47,573 bases of DNA, from contig CAYPKX010000005.1 in NCBI GenBank assembly GCA_964411395.1, positions 2,958 through 50,530 of the forward strand. The letters are read 5' to 3'. The first letter of the stretch is position 1, and each line of letters opens with the position of its first letter. The notes under the pieces are model-generated. The model saw only the letters and a program-made list of their open reading frames with translations. It was not told where the DNA came from and did no database searches. The position numbers and the translations under genes were made by a program. Source of the DNA: an uncultured Eubacteriales bacterium (lineage in GTDB: Bacteria; Acidobacteriota; Aminicenantia; Aminicenantales; UBA4085). This document shows positions 1-8,217 of this stretch, piece after piece.

Positions 1-188
1 GACCGGATCGGGGAAGCCTTCGTCCTGCATGCTGTTCTTTCATGGAAAGTCGCCGCCGGCCTGGATGTCCAGGTCGCCGTTCAAAATATTCTGGACGCCG
101 TGTATTATCATCCCTCCAACCTCCCGGCCGGCCGCTTCCGGCAGCCGCAGCGGCTCTTTCGGATTTCGGCGGGCTATTCCTTCTAGCC

Positions 189-767
189 ATGGCCATCTTC
201 TTCCGAATCGGGAAACCGTCGGCGGTTCTCCTGTCTCTTCTTCTCGCGCGTTCGGTTGTCGGACCGGTTTATGCCGATGTGCCGAAAGGAGCCCAGGCCG
301 AAGCCGAGGTCAAAGCCGTCTTCCTTTTTAATTTCATCCGGTACCTGACGTGGCCCGAGAAAAACGATTCGGCGGACTTCCTGATCTCCGTCCTGGGAGA
401 CAGCCCCATTTACGGGCCCCTCCGGGAAATCGCCGGAAAAAAATCGGCCGGGTCGATCCCGATTCGGGTTCAGCAGTCCGATCAATTCCAGACTATCGGG
501 ATTCCGCGAATCCTGTTCATCTCCGATTCCGTCTCTTCTCTTCTTCCCGAAATTCTGGAGAAGTTCCGGGGAACGGAAACTCTGATCGTCGGCGAGACGG
601 AGGGGCTGGCGGTTCGGGGAGCGGCGATCAATTTCGTTCTCCGGGATGACTCGGTCAAGTTCGAGATCAACGTCGCCGTCCTGAAAGCGGCCCGCATCCA
701 GGCCGGTTCGCAGCTCCTGCGCCTGGCGATTCTGGTTGACGGAGAAGCGGAGGGCTCCTGGCGATGA
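189..767 (+). CDS. YfiR-like periplasmic protein (DUF4154 family)
   Basis: ORF 42..767. The internal ATG at 189 gives a signal-peptide-like N-terminus MAIFFRIGKPSAVLLSLLLARSVVGPVYA. The motif AVFLFNFIRYLTWP and the C-terminal FEIN..A....I..GSQLLRLA match my memory of YfiR/DUF4154. The stop overlaps the ATG of the downstream kinase (ATGA at 764-767). Confidence 0.65.
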   Translation: MAIFFRIGKPSAVLLSLLLARSVVGPVYADVPKGAQAEAEVKAVFLFNFIRYLTWPEKNDSADFLISVLGDSPIYGPLREIAGKKSAGSIPIRVQQSDQFQTIGIPRILFISDSVSSLLPEILEKFRGTETLIVGETEGLAVRGAAINFVLRDDSVKFEINVAVLKAARIQAGSQLLRLAILVDGEAEGSWR

Positions 768-2662
768 AGTTCAAGGATTTGTCCCTGGCCCGGAAAATCA
801 TCCTTCTTCAGCTCCTGGTCGTGTTCATCATCGTCGGCCTGCTCAGCGGCTTCCATATCGCCAACGACGCCACTCTTTTTAAAAAAAACCTGAGGGCCAA
901 GCTCGTCTCGGTGGCCGAAATCCTGGGATACAATTGCATCTCCGCTCTCGATTTCCATGACCCGGTCGATGCCGCGACAACCCTCCGGTCTCTGGACGCG
1001 GAGGATCATGTGATCCGGGCCTGGATTCTGGATGCGGCCGGCCGGGTTTTTGCCTCTTACCGGGAAAACGGCACGGCCGAAGAATCCCCTCCGGCCCTGT
1101 CGGGAGAGGCCGAAATCGTCCGGGAGTCCTCCCTGTTTCTTTCCCGGCGCATTCTCAAGGACGGCGAGCCGATCGGTTCCCTGATCCTCCAGAACGATTT
1201 GACCGAATACCGGGAAATTCTGTACCGGGACATCGTCATCGCCGCGGCCGCCTTTTTGATCAGCATGGGGCTTGCCCTTTTTCTGACCATCTTCAGCCAC
1301 CGGGCCGTGTCGTTGCCCATCCGGCATCTGGCCGAGGTCATCAACCGGGTTTCCCGGACCAAAGACCTGTCGATCCGCGTCCGGGAGGAGCGGAAGGACG
1401 AGATCGGCTCGCTGTACCGCGGCTTCAACGACATGCTGACCGAGATTCACAGCCGGGAGACGGAGAGGGACGCCGCCGCCGCTGCGCTCCGCGAAAGCGA
1501 AGACAAGTACCGAACCCTGGTCGAGAGCGCCGACGATGCCATCGTCATCGTTCAGGACAACCGGATCGTCTATGCCAATACGAGCGGCCTCGCCCTGGCC
1601 GAGGCTCCCGCCGACCGGATCATCGGCGGGGACTTCTTTCACTTCATCGCCGACGGGGAAGTCGAGCGCCTGCGGACTTATGCGGAGCGCCGGATGAAGG
1701 GCCTCGAGGCTCCGTCGATGTATGAAACGATTTTCAAATCCGCGTCCGGCCGCCTGATTCCCGCGGAAGTCAACGCCGCCCGGCTTTCCTTCCAGGGGCG
1801 GGGGGCGAGCCTGGTCATCATCCGCGACATCACAGAGCGGAAGAAAATCGAGGAGGAGATCCGCAAGCTCAATGAATCCCTGGAACGGCGGGTCGAGGAT
1901 CGAACCCGCCAGCTGGCCGCGGCCAATGAGCGCCTGGTCGAATTGGACCGGCTGAAGAGCCTCTTTCTGGCCAGCATGAGCCACGAGCTTCGGACGCCCC
2001 TCAATTCCATCCTCGGCTTCACCGGGCTGCTGCTCATGGGGATGTCGGGAGACCTGACCCCGGAGCAGGCCAAGCAGCTGACCATGGTCCAGGGCAGCGC
2101 CGCCCATCTCCTGGAGCTGATCAACGAAATTCTGGATATCTCCAAGATCGAATCGGGCAAAGTGGATCTGTCCATGGAACGGATTCCAGTCGACGCCCTG
2201 ATCCGGGATACCGTGAAAGTCGTCTCCCCTCTGGCTTCAGCCAAGGGCCTGGAATTGAACGTCGACGCGCCCGAAGGATTGATCCTGCACTCGGATCGTC
2301 GGCGGATTAAACAGATCCTGGTGAACCTTCTCAGCAATGCGATCAAATTCAGCAAGACGGGCGGCATCCGCGTCGCGGCCGGGGCGGCGGACGGAATTCT
2401 TCGGGTCAGCGTCACCGATACGGGCATCGGCATTCGGCCGGAGGATCTCGGCAAGCTGTTCGCCCCGTTCCAACAGGTCGATATGACGGTGACGAAATCC
2501 TACGAAGGGACGGGGCTCGGGCTTTATATGTGCAAAAAGATCCTGGGCCTGCTCAAGGGCGAGATTTCCGTCGAGAGCGAATACGGCCGCGGCAGTACGT
2601 TCACATTCACGCTTCCCCTGGAGGAGAAGGAGTCTCTCCATGAAAACGGTCCTGATCATTGA
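764..2662 (+). CDS. Sensor histidine kinase (TM - CHASE8-like extracytoplasmic domain - TM - HAMP - PAS - HisKA - HATPase)
   Basis: 632-aa ORF. Two hydrophobic segments flank a ~130-aa region, followed by a PAS-like segment (ESEDKYRTLVESADDAIVIV). H-box is SHELRTPLNSI, N box LLSNAIKFS, G boxes DTGIGI and GTGLGL. The CHASE8 call is inferred from the architecture and the adjacent YfiR-like gene. Confidence 0.9.
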   Translation: MKFKDLSLARKIILLQLLVVFIIVGLLSGFHIANDATLFKKNLRAKLVSVAEILGYNCISALDFHDPVDAATTLRSLDAEDHVIRAWILDAAGRVFASYRENGTAEESPPALSGEAEIVRESSLFLSRRILKDGEPIGSLILQNDLTEYREILYRDIVIAAAAFLISMGLALFLTIFSHRAVSLPIRHLAEVINRVSRTKDLSIRVREERKDEIGSLYRGFNDMLTEIHSRETERDAAAAALRESEDKYRTLVESADDAIVIVQDNRIVYANTSGLALAEAPADRIIGGDFFHFIADGEVERLRTYAERRMKGLEAPSMYETIFKSASGRLIPAEVNAARLSFQGRGASLVIIRDITERKKIEEEIRKLNESLERRVEDRTRQLAAANERLVELDRLKSLFLASMSHELRTPLNSILGFTGLLLMGMSGDLTPEQAKQLTMVQGSAAHLLELINEILDISKIESGKVDLSMERIPVDALIRDTVKVVSPLASAKGLELNVDAPEGLILHSDRRRIKQILVNLLSNAIKFSKTGGIRVAAGAADGILRVSVTDTGIGIRPEDLGKLFAPFQQVDMTVTKSYEGTGLGLYMCKKILGLLKGEISVESEYGRGSTFTFTLPLEEKESLHENGPDH

Positions 2663-3014
2663 AGACAACGACAACAATCTTTACATGATGCAGTTCATCC
2701 TCAGCAAGCTGGGCCATACGGTCCGGGACGCCCGCGACGGGGCGAGCGGGGTCGCCCTGGCCAAAGACATCCGGCCGGACCTGATCCTGATGGATATCCA
2801 GCTGCCGGTGATGGACGGGTATACGGCCACGCGCCAAATCCGCGAGGATCCCCTCCTGGCCGCCGTCCCGATCATCGCCGTCACGTCCTATGCCATGGTC
2901 GGAGACCGGGAAAAAGCCCTCGAAGCCGGATGCACGGATTACGTCGAAAAACCGATCGATCCCGCCGCCTTCATTCAAATTCTGGACAAGTATCTGGGAA
3001 AGGAAATCCGATGA
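2640..3014 (+). CDS. Stand-alone response regulator receiver (CheY-like)
   Basis: 124 aa. Receiver signature: VLIIEDND, DLILMDIQLPVMDG, IIAVTS, EKPI. No output domain. Overlaps the kinase 3' end by 23 nt. Confidence 0.9.
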   Translation: MKTVLIIEDNDNNLYMMQFILSKLGHTVRDARDGASGVALAKDIRPDLILMDIQLPVMDGYTATRQIREDPLLAAVPIIAVTSYAMVGDREKALEAGCTDYVEKPIDPAAFIQILDKYLGKEIR

Positions 3015-4144
3015 GAGTTCTTGTCGTCGACGATCTGGACGCCAACCGGTATCTTCTCAAGAAGTTGCTCGCCGGAAGCGGTCACGAGGCCGTCGAGGCG
3101 GTTGACGGGAAAAACGCCCTCGAAATTCTCGAGGCCGGCTCGTTCGACCTGGTGATCTCGGATATTTTAATGCCGGTCATGGACGGCTACCAGTTTTGCC
3201 GGGAAGTCCGGGCCCGGGAAAGCCTGCGCGGTTTGCCGTTCGTTTTTCTGACCGCGACCTATGTCGACGAAAAGGATGAGGCCTTCGCCCTGAAGCTCGG
3301 GGCCGATGCCTTTATGCGCAAACCGTTCGACCCGAGGACGTTTCTGGAGACGATCCGGGCCTTGATGGAGCGAATCGGCGAGGGGAAGCGCAATCACCCG
3401 GAGCCCCGGGCCGACGAAAAGGAGATTCTGACCCTCTACAACGAGCGGTTGATCCACAAGCTCGAGGCGAAGATGATGCGGCTGGAGGAAGAGATCGCCG
3501 AGAGGGAGAAAGTCGAGACCGCGCTGCGGGCGACCCTCCGGGAAAAGGAATCTCTGCTTCGCGAGATCCACCACCGGGTCAAGAATAACCTGCAGATCGT
3601 TTCCAGCTTGATCAACCTTTCGTCCCGGGACCTCAAAGACCCGGCGACCCTGGATGTCCTCCGGCAGATCAAGCTTCGGATCCGCTCGATTTCCATGATT
3701 CATGAAAAGCTGCTGAAATCCGACAGCCTCGACCGGATCGATTTCGGCGAATTTCTCGAAGATCTGACCATCCATTTGTTCCAGTTTTTCCGTATCGAAG
3801 CCGGCCGGGTCGATTTGAAAATGAATTTGGAGAAGCTCTTCCTTCCGATCGAAACGGCCGTCCCTTGCGGACTGATCGCCGGCGAAGCGTTGTCCAACGC
3901 CCTTAAACACGCGTTTCCGGAGGGGAGAAGCGGGGAGATCGCGCTCTCTCTGGGGCGGGTGTCGCCGGAGGACGCCGTCCTGGGCGTCCGCGACAACGGG
4001 ATCGGACTGCCGGCCGGGCTCGATGTCGCCCGGTCCGAAACCATGGGACTGACGATCGTCAACACCCTGGTCGAACAGCTCGGCGGCCGGAGCGTTTTCG
4101 CTCCCGGCCCGGGAACGGATTTCCGGTTGACGTTCAAGGCCTAG
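3011..4144 (+). CDS. Hybrid receiver-histidine kinase (REC + HisKA_2-type H-box + HATPase)
   Basis: ATG at 3011 forms an ATGA overlap with the upstream stop; the ORF-track start at 2930 lies inside the upstream gene. Receiver: VLVVDDLDANR, DLVISDILMPVMDG, RKPF. A coiled-coil linker follows, then H-box EIHHRVKNNLQIVSSL and ATPase motifs DNGIGLP and GLTIV. Confidence 0.85.
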   Translation: MRVLVVDDLDANRYLLKKLLAGSGHEAVEAVDGKNALEILEAGSFDLVISDILMPVMDGYQFCREVRARESLRGLPFVFLTATYVDEKDEAFALKLGADAFMRKPFDPRTFLETIRALMERIGEGKRNHPEPRADEKEILTLYNERLIHKLEAKMMRLEEEIAEREKVETALRATLREKESLLREIHHRVKNNLQIVSSLINLSSRDLKDPATLDVLRQIKLRIRSISMIHEKLLKSDSLDRIDFGEFLEDLTIHLFQFFRIEAGRVDLKMNLEKLFLPIETAVPCGLIAGEALSNALKHAFPEGRSGEIALSLGRVSPEDAVLGVRDNGIGLPAGLDVARSETMGLTIVNTLVEQLGGRSVFAPGPGTDFRLTFKA

Positions 4145-4242
4145 CCCGTTCCGGCCGGGCCGGCGATCTTTTTACAATCGTTTTTCATTTCGGTGACACT
4201 CCCCCCGCGGCCTCCGTGTAATTTGGTCCTGGAGGTAACATC

Positions 4243-5382
4243 ATGAACACAACAACGACAAGCGTCCGCGGGCGGAAGGGCGGGGGAATCCTCTCGCTCG
4301 TCCCGGTTCTGCTTCTGGGTTTGGCTGTCGGAGCTCCGGTCTCCGGGAAGCTGCTTCCTCCCGGCGGCCCGGGTAACGCGAGGCCCGTCGCCTCCTTCAT
4401 TCAAGCGCTCGAAGTCGGCCGTCCGGTCGCTTATCGCGGCCTGACGATCGTCCCGGTTTACCGTTTCGACCGGTCCAAGTCCCGCGGTTTCGCCTTTCTG
4501 GACGAGGCGGTGAAAAACGGCTGGATCGAGATCACCGAAATCGACGGCGGAAGGGTTCCCCAGGTGAAGATCTCGAATCTGTCGACGCGGACGATCTTTC
4601 TCCTGGGCGGCGAGATTCTGACCGGGGCCAAACAGGACCGCATCCTGGCCTCCGACCTTCTGCTCGGTCCGGGAACGAAAAATCTGACCGTCCCGGTCTA
4701 TTGCGTCGAGCACGGCCGATGGACGGCCGTGACTCCGGCTTTTACCTCCAAGGGCAACCTCGGCACCTTCGAACTCCGGGCCAAGGCCATGGAAAAAAGC
4801 GGCGGCGCCCAGTCGGAGATCTGGGACAGCGTCGCCTCCCAGAACGCGAAAGTCGGCGTGGTATCGCCGACCGGAGCTTACCAGGACGCTTACGAAAGCC
4901 CGGCCAACAAAGCCCGCATCGAAGAATTCGAAAAGCAAATGGCCGCGATTCCGCGCCTCATGACGGACACGATCGGGGTCGTGATCGGGCTTTCCGGGAA
5001 AGTCGTCGGCGTGGATATCTTCGCCGATCCGGAGATGTTCCGGGTTCAGTGGCCCAAGATTCTCCGGTCTTCGGCGCTTTCGGCCCTGGCCGGGACATCG
5101 GAGGCAGGATTGAGCCAGGCGTCGGCTGCCGATTTTCTCAAAACCCTGGCCGGCCGGTCGCTTCAAATGAAAAAGGCCCTGGACCTGGGAATGGAGCATT
5201 TCAGCCTGGAGGGCGCGATCAACCTTCAAGCCCTGGTCCTCGATCGCGATGTCATCCACCTGGCCGCTTTTCCCCAAGTCAAAGGCACGGGAGCCGGAAA
5301 GGAGCCGGAACAACGCCTTCGCGTCATTCGGGAGGAAATCGACCGGTTTCTTCAGAACGAAGGACGGGAACGGATCCGTTGA
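4243..5382 (+). CDS. Exported DUF6569/ARPP-1-like protein (function unknown)
   Basis: 379 aa with SD GGAGG upstream. N-terminal hydrophobic signal/anchor ILSLVPVLLLGLAVGAPVSG. The core (LTIVPVY, FLDEAVKNGWIEITE, IFLLGGEILTGAKQDRIL, VPVYCVEHGRW) resembles the ARPP-1/DUF6569 family from memory (hallmark V.C.E.GRW). No search was run. Confidence 0.6.
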   Translation: MNTTTTSVRGRKGGGILSLVPVLLLGLAVGAPVSGKLLPPGGPGNARPVASFIQALEVGRPVAYRGLTIVPVYRFDRSKSRGFAFLDEAVKNGWIEITEIDGGRVPQVKISNLSTRTIFLLGGEILTGAKQDRILASDLLLGPGTKNLTVPVYCVEHGRWTAVTPAFTSKGNLGTFELRAKAMEKSGGAQSEIWDSVASQNAKVGVVSPTGAYQDAYESPANKARIEEFEKQMAAIPRLMTDTIGVVIGLSGKVVGVDIFADPEMFRVQWPKILRSSALSALAGTSEAGLSQASAADFLKTLAGRSLQMKKALDLGMEHFSLEGAINLQALVLDRDVIHLAAFPQVKGTGAGKEPEQRLRVIREEIDRFLQNEGRERIR

Positions 5383-5425
5383 CCCGGTATCTCCGTTGAT
5401 CAAAATCGGGTTATAATAAACCGCC

Positions 5426-7462
5426 ATGAGCGCCTGGGGGCAAACGAAACCGCTGCGGCTGCTGTTTTTCGCCGCCGTCGTCCTCCCCTGCCTCGTCCTG
5501 GCTGTCCTGGCTTTCCGGTCGCTCGACCGGGAGGAAGTGATCCTGGAGCGGCGTCTCCAGGGAACGCTGGATGCGGAGCTCATCCACGCCGTCTCCCTGA
5601 TGCAGGACGAGCTGGGGAGGATCCGGGAGGAATTGACCTCGACGGCTCCGGCCGAGACGAGTTTGAGCCCTCAGCGGGAACTGAGCGCCTGGAAATTAAA
5701 ATCCGCGCTCGTCGGCGCTCCGTTTGTCCTTTCGGCGGACTTCCGGATCCTCTGGCCGACGCGCGATCAGTTCCTGGCCCAAAGCGACCTGGATTTCCTC
5801 AATTGGAACCGGGAATTCGTCACCGACCGCACCCCCACTCCGATCTATGAAAATGCCGCCCTCGCTTTCAAGGATCAGATCGCGGATCCGTTCCCGGCCG
5901 GGGCCGGAAAGACGGACGTCCTCGGCGCCGGACAAAAAGCGGAGATGGCGGCCGCCCTCCCGGGGCCGGTCGCGGTTCAAGAGCGGGTCGCTTCGGACAA
6001 GAAGACGGAAGAAGCCAAACCCGCCCCCCCGGCCGCGGCCGGAAACCGGGTCCAAACCGGCGCGGCGCTTTCCGCTTCATCCGAAAAAGATGGCGCCGTA
6101 CGGGCCAAAGGGAAATCCAACGTCGCCGACGTCCAGGTGGCCCAGCAAGCCCTGGCCGAATTCGAGCAAAGCGACGAGCTCCGCAAGCGGGTTTACGACG
6201 AGGCCGCCCGACAGGGGAAAAAAACCGAATCCCGGACGGTGACCCCCGGCGCGGCCGCGGCCCGGAACGCCGCCCCTTCGCGATCCGAATCCGTCTTCAT
6301 TTCCGACTTGCTCCGCTTCAGCCAGATTACGGCCGGGAACGATGCCGGCCTCGTGCCCCGGTTCATCGAGGACCGGCTCACCCTTCTTTTTTGGCGAAAG
6401 GAGGCCTCCGGCCGGATCGTCGGATGCCTGGTCGAGGATCAAGCGGCCCGGGGACGGTTATTGTCCCGGCTGCCGGCGGCTTATTCGCCCGTCCGGATTC
6501 TGACCGTTCTGGACGAGAACGGCCGGCCGTTGGTCACGCCGGAGTCGGAATCCGGGCGGGATTGGCGGCGGCCGCTTGTCGCCCGCGAGGTGAGCGAGCT
6601 TTTACCCCGGTGGGAAGCGGTCGCCTATCCGACCGACCCGGGCGCGCTGGCCGCCCGGGCGAAAACAACCCGCCTTCTTCTGGCCGCCGTCCTTCTGGGA
6701 TTGTGCCTGCTCATCGCCGCCGCCGGACTGGTCATTCTCAACACGCTCCGAAGCGAAATGGTCCTGGCCCGGCAGAAGACGACGTTTGTGACCAATGTCT
6801 CCCATGAACTCAAAACGCCGCTGACCTCGATCCGGATGTTTTCGGAAATGCTCAAAGAGGGCCGCCAGCCGGATGTCGGAAAGCAGCGGGCATATCTCGG
6901 GCTGATGCTGGCCGAGACCGAGCGACTGACTCGCCTGATCAACAACGTTCTGGATTTTTCCAGGATGGAAAAAGGGAAAAGAGCCTATGCCAAAGGCCGG
7001 CTGGCGATCGGTCCGCGGATCGGGGAAATCGCGGCCAGGGAGAAAGTCCGGCTGGAACAGCTCGGTTTCGAGGTGACGTTCGCCGACTTCTCGGAGGGGG
7101 CTTTTGTCCTGGCTGACGAGGAAGCCCTGGGGCAAGCCGTCCTGAATCTCCTCTCGAACGCCGAAAAATATTCTCCCGAAACCAAGCGCCTTGAAATCGA
7201 GGTTTCGCGGTCCGGCGGATTCGTCCGCATCGAGGTCCGGGACCGGGGCGTCGGCATCCCGCCGGCTGCCGCCGGGAAGATTTTTAAGGAATTCTTCCGG
7301 GTCGACCAATCGCTGGCCGCTCCGGTTTCGGGTTCGGGGCTGGGCTTGACCATCGCCCGCCGGATCATCCGGGACCACGGCGGAGACATCGAATACCGGC
7401 CGCGCGAAGACGGAGGATCGATTTTTACGATGAGTTTGCCCGAAGCGAAGGACGCCTCATGA
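5426..7462 (+). CDS. Sensor histidine kinase with large extracytoplasmic domain
   Basis: 678 aa. N-terminal TM, then a ~380-aa region that includes an Ala/Pro/Lys-rich low-complexity stretch, then a second TM (LLLAAVLLGLCLLIAAAGLVIL). H-box VSHELKTPLTSI, N box LLSNAEKYS, G boxes DRGVGI and GSGLGL. Confidence 0.85.
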   Translation: MSAWGQTKPLRLLFFAAVVLPCLVLAVLAFRSLDREEVILERRLQGTLDAELIHAVSLMQDELGRIREELTSTAPAETSLSPQRELSAWKLKSALVGAPFVLSADFRILWPTRDQFLAQSDLDFLNWNREFVTDRTPTPIYENAALAFKDQIADPFPAGAGKTDVLGAGQKAEMAAALPGPVAVQERVASDKKTEEAKPAPPAAAGNRVQTGAALSASSEKDGAVRAKGKSNVADVQVAQQALAEFEQSDELRKRVYDEAARQGKKTESRTVTPGAAAARNAAPSRSESVFISDLLRFSQITAGNDAGLVPRFIEDRLTLLFWRKEASGRIVGCLVEDQAARGRLLSRLPAAYSPVRILTVLDENGRPLVTPESESGRDWRRPLVAREVSELLPRWEAVAYPTDPGALAARAKTTRLLLAAVLLGLCLLIAAAGLVILNTLRSEMVLARQKTTFVTNVSHELKTPLTSIRMFSEMLKEGRQPDVGKQRAYLGLMLAETERLTRLINNVLDFSRMEKGKRAYAKGRLAIGPRIGEIAAREKVRLEQLGFEVTFADFSEGAFVLADEEALGQAVLNLLSNAEKYSPETKRLEIEVSRSGGFVRIEVRDRGVGIPPAAAGKIFKEFFRVDQSLAAPVSGSGLGLTIARRIIRDHGGDIEYRPREDGGSIFTMSLPEAKDAS

Positions 7463-8160
7463 AAGAAACGATCTTGATCGTCGAAGACGACCCGTCCATT
7501 CTGACCGGACTGGAGGATCTCCTGGCCGGCGAGGGATTCGAAATCCGGACGGCCCGGGATGGAAAAGCGGCCCTTCGGGCCTGGCAGTCGGACAAGCCGG
7601 CCTTGATACTCCTGGATGTCATGATCCCGGAAAAGAGCGGCCTGGACGTCTGCCGGGAGATCCGCCTCAAAGACGCCCTGACGCCGATTATCATGCTGAC
7701 CGCCAAGGGGCGGGAAACGGACAAGGTCATCGGCCTGGAACTCGGGGCGGACGATTACATCGTCAAGCCCTTCGCCATCGGCGAGCTTCTGGCCCGGATT
7801 CGGGCCGCCCTTCGCCGGGCCGCGGCCCGGGAAGAGGGGAAGAAAGATACCCGCCCGATCGAATTCGGCGATGTCCGGATCGACCCCAAAACGTTCACGG
7901 GCTCGAAACGCGGAAAGATTTTCGACGTCACGGCCCGGGAAATCGAGCTCCTGCGGTATTTTTCCGTCCACGCCGGCGAGGTGGTCGAACGCTTTACTCT
8001 GTTGGACGAGATCTGGGGCGTCCGCTATGAAGGGACGACCCGGACTTTGGACCAGCATGTCGCCAAGCTGCGCCAGAAAATCGAAGATGACCCGGCCGCA
8101 CCGCGGTTCATCCTGACGGTCTATGGAGTCGGATACCGTTTTTTCCCGTCCGAATCCTGA
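7459..8160 (+). CDS. OmpR/PhoB-family response regulator
   Basis: 233 aa. ATGA overlap with the kinase stop. Receiver: LIVEDDP, LILLDVMIPEKSG, MLTAK, VKPF. Winged-helix output: TAREIELLRYF, LLDEIWG, TRTLDQHVAKLRQKIE, TVYGVGYRF. Confidence 0.9.
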   Translation: MKETILIVEDDPSILTGLEDLLAGEGFEIRTARDGKAALRAWQSDKPALILLDVMIPEKSGLDVCREIRLKDALTPIIMLTAKGRETDKVIGLELGADDYIVKPFAIGELLARIRAALRRAAAREEGKKDTRPIEFGDVRIDPKTFTGSKRGKIFDVTAREIELLRYFSVHAGEVVERFTLLDEIWGVRYEGTTRTLDQHVAKLRQKIEDDPAAPRFILTVYGVGYRFFPSES

Positions 8161-8176
8161 ACGCGATCTTGATTCA

Positions 8177-8206
8177 TTGACAGGGATGGACGGCCGAGTG
8201 TAAAGT
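8177..8206 (+). promoter_or_regulatory. Putative sigma70-type promoter (TTGACA-18-TAAAGT) for the cyclase gene
   Basis: TTGACA at 8177-8182, 18-nt spacer, TAAAGT at 8201-8206. The GTG start at 8218 lies only ~12 nt after the -10 element, and no SD is visible. Confidence 0.35.
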
Positions 8207-8217
8207 ATTTTCGTACC

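Noticed and set aside
42-188. N-terminal extensions implied by the longest-ORF starts (42, 2930, 19299, 22779, 24824, 31283, 36049, 39635, 41686)
   Set aside because: Internal ATG/GTG starts give proper signal peptides or domain starts and have SD sites or ATGA coupling. In several cases the extension lies upstream of the predicted promoter or inside the preceding gene.
1-188. Possible 5' end of a divergent minus-strand gene (ATG at 43, MKEQHAGRRLPRSG…) or a 23-codon minus ORF
   Set aside because: Only about 14 codons are visible, there is no motif or clear SD, and it cannot be distinguished from noise.
482-2107. 541-aa minus-strand ORF antisense to the first histidine kinase
   Set aside because: It is the mirror frame of a gene with unambiguous kinase motifs. 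Its own translation is Arg/Gly/Pro/Asp-rich with no recognisable motif. Long stop-free antisense frames are expected in GC-rich DNA.
4701-5399. 232-aa alternative-frame plus-strand ORF inside the ARPP-1-like gene (and similar nested ORFs across the window, e.g. 5724-6242, 34729-35268, 44426-44893)
   Set aside because: These are out-of-frame overlaps with better-supported genes. They are extremely Arg/Gly/Pro-rich and lack SDs.
5412-5428. TATAAT at 5412-5417, 8 nt before the kinase ATG (5426), suggesting a leaderless transcript
   Set aside because: There is no acceptable -35 at 16-18 nt spacing. The gene is only 43 nt downstream of the preceding gene, so co-transcription is the simpler explanation.
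8177-8187. The 11-mer TTGACAGGGAT is shared by the cyclase promoter region (8177-8187) and the region upstream of the 45401 gene (45360-45370). It might be a common regulatory box.
   Set aside because: Six of the 11 nt are simply the -35 consensus. By rough estimate, many chance 11-mer repeats are expected in 47 kb, and there is no extended similarity beyond the 11-mer.
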